This document shows positions 58,217 to 64,000 of a stretch of 64,000 bases of DNA, piece by piece. The DNA comes from Anaerolineales bacterium. GTDB lineage: Bacteria; Chloroflexota; Anaerolineae; Anaerolineales; UBA11579. A program made the translations under genes and the position numbers. The stretch is taken from NCBI GenBank assembly GCA_026129255.1, contig JAHCIJ010000001.1:708965-772964 (forward strand), read 5' to 3'. How positions within the stretch are numbered: the first letter of the stretch is position 1; each line of letters begins with the position of its first letter. Under the pieces are notes generated by a model. It saw nothing but the letters and a program-made list of their open reading frames with translations. It made no database searches and was not told where the DNA came from.

Positions 58217-58862
58217 GCACAACATTACCGGCCAGCCTGGCTTTAACCCTCAGTCCGTCATCCCCATGGTGATCGAGTCCACCGGCCGCGGCGAGCGCGC
58301 CTTTGACATTTACTCGCTGCTGCTCAAGAACCGCATCATCCTCATCAGCACTCCGATTGACGACCAGACGGCCAATCTGGCCGTGGCCCAACTGATCTAC
58401 CTGAGCAATGAGGATCCGGACTCCCCCATCCAGATGTACATCTCGTCGCCCGGCGGTTCCATCTACGCTGGCATGGGCATCTACGACACGATGCAGATGA
58501 TCCCCAACCAGATCAGCACGGTGGCCGTGGGCTTCACCGCCTCGTTCGGCACCATTCTGCTGACAGCTGGCGCCAAGGGCCACCGTTATGCGCTGCCCAA
58601 CGCCACCATCCACATGCACCAGCCGTGGCAGCAAGGCGGCGGCGGCCAAGCCAGCGACATCGAAATCCAGGCCAAGGAAATTCTGCGCCAGCGTGCTCGC
58701 CTCAACGAGATCCTCGTAGAGCGCACCGGCCGCACCCTGGCCGAGATCGAGAAGGACACCGATCGCGACACCTACATGACCGCCCAGGAAGCCGTGGACT
58801 ACGGCCTGGTGGACCAGGTGTTGCAGCCGCGTGAGCTCAAGCAGCTGAGCGACAAAAAATAG
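58203..58862 (+). CDS. clpP: ATP-dependent Clp protease proteolytic subunit
   Basis: GERAFDIYSLLLKNRIILISTPIDD, catalytic Ser context GFTASFG and HMHQP. I chose the start at ATG 58203, which overlaps the tig 3' end by 14 nt. Confidence 0.92.
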   Translation: MTMNKHNITGQPGFNPQSVIPMVIESTGRGERAFDIYSLLLKNRIILISTPIDDQTANLAVAQLIYLSNEDPDSPIQMYISSPGGSIYAGMGIYDTMQMIPNQISTVAVGFTASFGTILLTAGAKGHRYALPNATIHMHQPWQQGGGGQASDIEIQAKEILRQRARLNEILVERTGRTLAEIEKDTDRDTYMTAQEAVDYGLVDQVLQPRELKQLSDKK

Positions 58863-58897
58863 CCCCATCAACTGTTTCAAACAAAGCGCGTACAATT

Positions 58898-58940
58898 AGA
58901 GGAGCGGCATCAAGATAAGATGCCGCTCCTCTATTTTCTT
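58898..58940 (+). terminator. Rho-independent terminator after clpP
   Basis: AGAGGAGCGGCATC-aagataa-GATGCCGCTCCTCT followed by ATTTTCTT. Confidence 0.75.
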
Positions 58941-58954
58941 TGACAGGTGGTGGG

Positions 58955-59446
58955 ATGATGGAAGATCCAGAAATTTACTTGGCATACCTTGACATCAAAA
59001 CATTCGATGACGGAAGAGCTTTTAGAGGGGGCTGCCTGGTCACCGATATCAGCACAAACCCGCTCGAATTCCGTTGCACCTCAGCAATTAGCCCAACCGA
59101 GCTGCAAAGACTTCTTTATGGAAAGCAGCTTTTCAAGCATATAAGCGAAGATTTATCGGGCGTTCAACTCCTAAACAAGCTCGCAACCAAAGTATCTCTT
59201 ATTCTGGTCCGCAAGCCCGCTTTCCTGGCCATCCGGCCAATCGTAGAAACCCCCATACTACTGGTCGAAACGTCGCCGGATGGCAAGACCTCAGGGGTAA
59301 CCACACATCCTGACTTTGTTTCAGAAATAAGCGGAGCCACCAATATTCTTAAGACATTAGGCGAACAAGGATTACTTGAACCGTTTGACCGAGTATCCAA
59401 TGCAATAACCCTGGCACACGAGAACAAAGTAGGAGATGAAGTCTAA
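58955..59446 (+). CDS. Unknown small protein (163 aa), upstream partner of the SNF2-Mrr gene
   Basis: ATG at 58955 (or 58958), preceded by AGGTGG. I recognise no motif. Its stop TAA overlaps the ATG of the next gene (TAATG at 59444-59448). It shares the low-GC, A/T-ending codon usage of the downstream gene. Confidence 0.6.
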   Translation: MMEDPEIYLAYLDIKTFDDGRAFRGGCLVTDISTNPLEFRCTSAISPTELQRLLYGKQLFKHISEDLSGVQLLNKLATKVSLILVRKPAFLAIRPIVETPILLVETSPDGKTSGVTTHPDFVSEISGATNILKTLGEQGLLEPFDRVSNAITLAHENKVGDEV

Positions 59447-61797
59447 TGCGGAGAAGTGTAGCCTCCACTCTGCTACCCTTTTCAACACCGCAGATATCGC
59501 GCGTTGACTTTGCTCAACTGGCATCAAAGCATGGCCGCTTACTCAGCTCTGCGCTAGCGGCCAGAAACACTACCCTGTCTGTTCCACTTATCCATGTCAA
59601 GGTAAGCGCGTTAGAAATCGCTTACGACCAACCAAGAAATCCACAGAACCTATTAGCCCCGATTTCTGCCACTATCTCAGAAAACCTAATTGCATCCACC
59701 ACTTTTATAAGCAGCAATCTGTTTAACGCCCTGGGCAAAGCACATTTGCAAGGCCGCACCTATGGTGAAAAAGAAGAAGAGCATGACTTTGACTTTGAGA
59801 TCTCCGCACCAGTAGACAAATCGCCACTTAGCGAAGACCAGATAGAACTATTGGCTCTGCCGATTGAGATAGAAACAAAGCCGCCGAATAAGCAGAAGAA
59901 TTTTTTCGAGCTGCTATACCCTTTGCTTCTTCCACCTCTTGACTTCTCAAAAGAGAATATCCCGGTATTGCCCTTCAACTTGCACGGTTACCAAATCACA
60001 GGAATTGAACAGCTGACAGCAAACAAGGGCTTCTTGCTTGCAGACGAAATGGGTACTGGGAAAACCGTGATGGCAACTGTGGCCATCAAAGTGCTAGTGC
60101 AGCGGGGGGAAATACGGAGCGGCATCATTGCCTGCCCGGTCAGCGTGCTAAAAGTCTGGGAAGAGCATCTAAAAGACTGGGCGCCCGAAGTGCGTGTTCA
60201 AGTAATCAGTGGCACGCAGGGCGAAAGAGCTTTTCAGTGGCGCATGCCGGTGCACATCTTTGTTGTGTCCTATGACACCTTGCATAGAGACACAATTAGT
60301 GGCTTACTCCCAGGAGGAGAGAACCCTAAAGTTGACTTGATACTTCTTGACGAAGCACAAGCAATAAAGAACACTGGAAGCAAGCGCAACCAAGCCGTAC
60401 GCAAAATCTCTGGGAAGTATCGCTGGGCACTCACTGGAACCCCTGTCGAGAATCGTATAGAAGACATATTGGCAATTTTCAGCTTCCTGCTTCCCAACCA
60501 GTTTCCCCGGAGAACCAGGAATCTGTTGGATGAAAGCACTGTAAAAAATCTCATTGCCCCTTATATGTTGCGGCGGCTCAAAAAAGATGTGCTCAAGGGG
60601 GAGCTGCCACCAAAGGAAAGCCAGGAAATCTGGCTGGAAATGGATCCGATACAAAAGAACGCTTACAACAAAGTCCTCGCCCAAGAACAGCAAGCCATCA
60701 TGCGGCAGGGGAAGCAAGTCACAAAGTTTCATCTCCTGCAAGCGATGGCAAAGCTAAAACAGATCTGCAATTTTGCGCCGGAGCAACTTAGCAGTCCAAA
60801 AACAGAAGCACTCCTCGACATACTTGAAGAAATATTGGCATCAAATTCAAAAATCTTGGTGTTCTCGCAGTATCTGGAGAATGGCATAGACAAAATTGCT
60901 GACTTGCTGGCTAAAAGAAACATAGAGTTCAGCATGCTTACAGGAAAAATGTCAAAGACTGTTCGCCAACAGAACATTGATAGTTTCCAAAAGAATCCAA
61001 CCAATAAGATATTCCTTATCAGCGTCAGGGCTGGCGGGACTGGCCTGACGCTGACGGAGGCCAGCTATGTAGTGCATTTTGACCAATGGTGGAATCCTGC
61101 CGTCAGCAGGCAAGCAGAAGACCGCAGCCACCGGAAGGGCCAGGAGTCTACTGTAAATGTTTATGAGTTCTGGATGTCTGACACTATCGAAGGTAATGTG
61201 TACAGGAAGCTGCAAGAGAAGGGGCTATTGGCTCAGCGTGTCGTAGATGATCTCGCCACAGACGATCTGGGGAAACAACTAACGCAAGAAGAAATGCTCA
61301 CTTTGCTTGGGCTTACTCAAAGCGAAAGCGGAGAGATCCATGCCTTCGATCAGGAACATACGCTTGCCAATCCAGCTACTCATGCGACAAAAACACTTTC
61401 TTCAATTCGAACTCGTCTCTTTGCACTCTCGCCGTCTGAGTTCGAGAAGAAAGTCGAAGAAGTAATCAAACACATGGGGTATCCAAACACCGAGCATACT
61501 GGAAAGACCTCGGACGGCGGAGTCGATGTGCATGCTTGGCGGAACGCTGAACATGGCGGGGTCGAACACCTTTGGGCACAGTGCAAGCGTTACGTCAACA
61601 ATGTTGGCGTCACTGAAGCAAGAAGCCTGTTCGGTGTCGTGGAGAGCAAAGGCCCGAACCATTCTGGAATATTGGTCACTTCCAGTGACTTCACACCACA
61701 GTGCAGAAGGTTTGCTGCTGGCTGCAAAGGTAGACTTCACTTGCTGAGTGGACTTGAACTTGCAAGAGAAATCCAGAGATACGGAATCACTGTTTAG
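59446..61797 (+). CDS. SNF2-family ATPase fused to a C-terminal Mrr-type (PD-(D/E)xK) restriction nuclease domain, with an unassigned ~175-aa N-terminal region
   Basis: SNF2 core at about aa 177-600: LHGYQ, LADEMGTGKT (I), LILLDEAQAIKN (II), ALTGTPVENR (III), ILVFSQY, ISVRAGGTGLTLT (V), QAEDRSHRKGQ (VI). C-terminal region at about aa 655-783: FEKKVEEVIKHMGY...TSDGGVDVHAW...LWAQCKRY...GILVTSSDFT matches the Mrr_cat D-(E/Q)xK pattern. AGGAG lies 10 nt upstream of the ATG. Confidence 0.85.
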   Translation: MRRSVASTLLPFSTPQISRVDFAQLASKHGRLLSSALAARNTTLSVPLIHVKVSALEIAYDQPRNPQNLLAPISATISENLIASTTFISSNLFNALGKAHLQGRTYGEKEEEHDFDFEISAPVDKSPLSEDQIELLALPIEIETKPPNKQKNFFELLYPLLLPPLDFSKENIPVLPFNLHGYQITGIEQLTANKGFLLADEMGTGKTVMATVAIKVLVQRGEIRSGIIACPVSVLKVWEEHLKDWAPEVRVQVISGTQGERAFQWRMPVHIFVVSYDTLHRDTISGLLPGGENPKVDLILLDEAQAIKNTGSKRNQAVRKISGKYRWALTGTPVENRIEDILAIFSFLLPNQFPRRTRNLLDESTVKNLIAPYMLRRLKKDVLKGELPPKESQEIWLEMDPIQKNAYNKVLAQEQQAIMRQGKQVTKFHLLQAMAKLKQICNFAPEQLSSPKTEALLDILEEILASNSKILVFSQYLENGIDKIADLLAKRNIEFSMLTGKMSKTVRQQNIDSFQKNPTNKIFLISVRAGGTGLTLTEASYVVHFDQWWNPAVSRQAEDRSHRKGQESTVNVYEFWMSDTIEGNVYRKLQEKGLLAQRVVDDLATDDLGKQLTQEEMLTLLGLTQSESGEIHAFDQEHTLANPATHATKTLSSIRTRLFALSPSEFEKKVEEVIKHMGYPNTEHTGKTSDGGVDVHAWRNAEHGGVEHLWAQCKRYVNNVGVTEARSLFGVVESKGPNHSGILVTSSDFTPQCRRFAAGCKGRLHLLSGLELAREIQRYGITV

Positions 61798-61818
61798 TAG
61801 TATAAGTCAGCAACCCTC

Positions 61819-62595
61819 ATGACTGCACTCAAAGCCCTACTCCTCGACATGGACGGCGTGCTGTGGCGCGGCACTGAAGCCATCGGCAGCGTGCCTGACA
61901 ACCTGGCCGCCATCGCCGCCAAAGGCCTCAAAGCCGCCTTCGTCACCAACAACGCCACGCTCACCGTGGAGCAGTACCAGGAAAAGTTCCGCAAGTTCGG
62001 TGCAGAGGTGGAAGCCAACCAGATCCACACCTCGGCCAACGCCGCCGCGCATTATTTGCACAAGCAGTTTCCGCAGGGCGGCAACATCTACGTCATCGGC
62101 GAAATTGGCTTGCGCACCGCCGTGCAGGAGCGCGGCTTCACCATCGCCGAGAGCGATTGTGTGGCCGTCGTGGCTGGCCTCGACCGCGAGCTGAGCTACG
62201 AGAAGCTGCGCACCGCCACCCTGCTGATCGCCAAAGGCGCCGCCTTCGTCGGCACCAACCCTGACCGCACGCTGCCCTCGCCGGCTGGCCCGGTGCCTGG
62301 CGCCGGCAGCATCCTGGCCGCTTTGCAGGCGGCCAGCGGCGTGCAGCCCACCATCATCGGCAAGCCCGGCACGGCAGGCTTCATGGCCGCCATGGATGCG
62401 CTCGGCGTCACTCCGGCGGAGACGATGATGATCGGTGACCGCGTCGATACGGATATCGCTGGCGCGCAGGCGGCCGGTTGCCGCACCGGACTCGTGCTGA
62501 GCGGCATCACCACCGAAGCCGAAGCGTATGCCTGGCAGCCCGCACCGGACTACATCGCCGCCGATCTGGCCACCTTGCTGGCAGCTTTACCTTAA
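61819..62595 (+). CDS. HAD-IIA family phosphatase (NagD/PGP-like)
   Basis: Motif I LLDMDGVLWRG, followed by TNN and a C-terminal GDRVDTDIAGA motif. Confidence 0.85.
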   Translation: MTALKALLLDMDGVLWRGTEAIGSVPDNLAAIAAKGLKAAFVTNNATLTVEQYQEKFRKFGAEVEANQIHTSANAAAHYLHKQFPQGGNIYVIGEIGLRTAVQERGFTIAESDCVAVVAGLDRELSYEKLRTATLLIAKGAAFVGTNPDRTLPSPAGPVPGAGSILAALQAASGVQPTIIGKPGTAGFMAAMDALGVTPAETMMIGDRVDTDIAGAQAAGCRTGLVLSGITTEAEAYAWQPAPDYIAADLATLLAALP

Positions 62596-62613
62596 ACACT
62601 GTAGGCTATACGC

Positions 62614-63705
62614 ATGTCTGAGCGCCCCTATATCTATGACTTCAGCCAGGAAGAATTGGCTGAGCAACTACGCGCCTGGGGGCAACCTGCGTACCGCGGC
62701 GCCCAAATTTGGGATGGGCTGTATAAGCAGCTGTGGGCCAAGCCCGAAGAATTCACCAGTCTCTCCAAAGAGCTGCGCACGATGCTCAGTGAGCACTATC
62801 GCTTTACCCACCTCAAGCCAAGCATCACGCTCAACTCCAGTGACAAGCAAACACACAAGACGCTCTTCAAGCTGCCGGATGGCAACGCCATCGAAACCGT
62901 GCTGATGCGCTACGACGATCGCGACGGCAGCCAGGGCCGCCGCACGCTGTGCATCAGCACGCAGGCCGGGTGCGCGATGGGCTGCGTCTTCTGCGCCACC
63001 GGGCAAATGGGCTTCCGCCGCAACTTGAGCGTGGGCGAGATCGTGGAGCAAGTGCTGTACTTCGCCCGCCAGCTCAAGGCGGAAGGTGAGCACGTCACCA
63101 ACGTGGTGCTGATGGGCATGGGCGAACCCTTCCACAATTACAAGGCCAGCCTGGCGGCGATCGCACGCCTCAACGACCCCAAGGGCTTTGGCCTCGGCAG
63201 CCGCCACTTCACCATCTCCACAGTCGGCCTGATCCCCGCCATCCAACGCTACACCAAAGAGCGCCACCAGATGGGGCTGGCCATCTCGCTGCACGCCGCG
63301 GATGACGAGCTGCGCGCCAGCATGCTGCCGGTCAACCAGCGCTACCCCATCAAGGATCTGATCCAGGCATGCCGCGAGTATGTGGAGGTGACCGGACGGC
63401 GCATTACGTTTGAGTGGGCGCTGATCAACGATGTCAACGACACGCCGGAGCAAGCACGCAAGCTGGCGGCGTTGCTGCGCGGGCTCAACTGCCACGTCAA
63501 CGTGATCCCGCTGAACCCGACGCGCGGCTTCGCCGGCAAGCGCTCTACGCGTGAGCGCGTGGCGGAGTTCCGCCAGATCCTGGAGGCCGAGGGCATCTCA
63601 TGCACTGTGCGTGTCCGCCGCGGCATCGATATCCAGGCGGGCTGCGGCCAGCTGGCTGAAGCCGAGGGCCACAAAGGCCAGCAGCCTATCCAGATCAGCA
63701 ATTGA
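62614..63705 (+). CDS. rlmN: 23S rRNA/tRNA adenine-C2 methyltransferase, radical SAM
   Basis: Radical SAM cluster motif GCAMGCVFCATG, the GMGEP motif and the C-terminal conserved Cys (DIQAGCGQL). Confidence 0.93.
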   Translation: MSERPYIYDFSQEELAEQLRAWGQPAYRGAQIWDGLYKQLWAKPEEFTSLSKELRTMLSEHYRFTHLKPSITLNSSDKQTHKTLFKLPDGNAIETVLMRYDDRDGSQGRRTLCISTQAGCAMGCVFCATGQMGFRRNLSVGEIVEQVLYFARQLKAEGEHVTNVVLMGMGEPFHNYKASLAAIARLNDPKGFGLGSRHFTISTVGLIPAIQRYTKERHQMGLAISLHAADDELRASMLPVNQRYPIKDLIQACREYVEVTGRRITFEWALINDVNDTPEQARKLAALLRGLNCHVNVIPLNPTRGFAGKRSTRERVAEFRQILEAEGISCTVRVRRGIDIQAGCGQLAEAEGHKGQQPIQISN

Positions 63706-63717
63706 AAAGCGTGTAAA

Positions 63718-63960
63718 ATGAGCGCACTAATGACCGAACAAGTCGTGCGCCTGATCTACCCGCCTGCCGCGGTGAACAACCCGGTTGTGAATCAATTGAT
63801 TCGCAACTTCACTGGGCTGACCGTGAACATTTTGCAGGCGGAAGTAAACCCCACCCAAGGCTGGCTTGAAGTACAGCTGGTGGGCAGCTCTGCCATCATC
63901 GAATCCTCGATCGATTGGTTGAGGTCGCAGGGAATTGAGGTGCAAGTCTTGGGGCATTAA
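63718..63960 (+). CDS. NIL-domain protein
   Basis: 80 aa. VVRLIYPPAAVNNPVVNQLIRNFTGLTVNILQAEV...GWLEVQLVG resembles the NIL (MetN C-terminal-like) domain. Confidence 0.7.
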   Translation: MSALMTEQVVRLIYPPAAVNNPVVNQLIRNFTGLTVNILQAEVNPTQGWLEVQLVGSSAIIESSIDWLRSQGIEVQVLGH

Positions 63961-64000
63961 GTCTACTTTTTTGAGGTTGCTATGAACGACCGAGTGCCTG

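Noticed and set aside
58940-58945. TTGACA hexamer right before the small islet gene, considered as a -35 box.
   Set aside because: No -10-like hexamer lies 16-19 nt downstream (the sequence there is AGATCC, inside the coding region), and the hexamer overlaps the terminator tail. This is probably coincidence, and the islet promoter remains unidentified.
59446-61797. Assigning the SNF2 gene to RapA/HepA, Zorya ZorD or DISARM DrmD.
   Set aside because: RapA lacks a nuclease domain and is a core gene of host-like composition. Zorya and DISARM require neighbouring zorAB or drmABC/methylase genes, which are absent here. Without HMM searches I cannot assign it, so I report it as unassigned.
63982-64000. 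Start of another plus-strand ORF (ATG 63982, with GAGG upstream) at the window edge.
   Set aside because: Only six codons are visible, so no product can be supported.

Overview
64-kb stretch of a high-GC bacterial chromosome. My spot counts on coding lines give about 60-70% GC. The gene content and the distinctive intergenic repeat families suggest a Chloroflexota-like organism; this is an unverified inference. All calls come from reading the ORF translations and DNA by eye. No database search was possible.

Content in order:
- Truncated NHEJ ligase LigD.
- A small GIY-YIG gene bracketed by a perfect 28-bp inverted repeat.
- Housekeeping genes: ALDH7-type dehydrogenase, glk, rpoD, xth, hisS, tRNA-His.
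- A CYP51-like P450 overlapping an alpha/beta hydrolase.
- A translationally coupled dinB / nuclease-like / EamA trio.
- A 17-kb block built around a CoxLMS-type molybdenum hydroxylase, with FdrA, DUF1116, DUF2877, amidase, amidohydrolase, a cyclase-type hydrolase, XdhC, CoxG and an NCS2 nucleobase permease. This is probably an unassigned N-heterocycle catabolic pathway.
- Membrane genes (PlsC, TerC, TauE).
- A lone tyrosine recombinase next to a lower-GC PAS-GGDEF gene.
- A LacI-controlled sugar ABC transporter plus trehalose synthase. One permease carries a CxxCH haem motif.
- A pho block: a hypothetical gene, phoB, phoR, pstSCAB and arsC.
- tRNA-Leu, tig and clpP.
- A visibly low-GC two-gene islet at 58.95-61.8 kb.
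- A HAD phosphatase, rlmN and a NIL-domain gene.

The islet is the best candidate for an undescribed system. It encodes an unknown 163-aa protein translationally coupled to a 783-aa protein. That protein combines a novel N-terminal region, a complete SNF2 ATPase core and a C-terminal Mrr-type PD-(D/E)xK nuclease.

At least five families of short dispersed, often palindromic repeats fill nearly every longer intergenic gap, including gaps inside operons.
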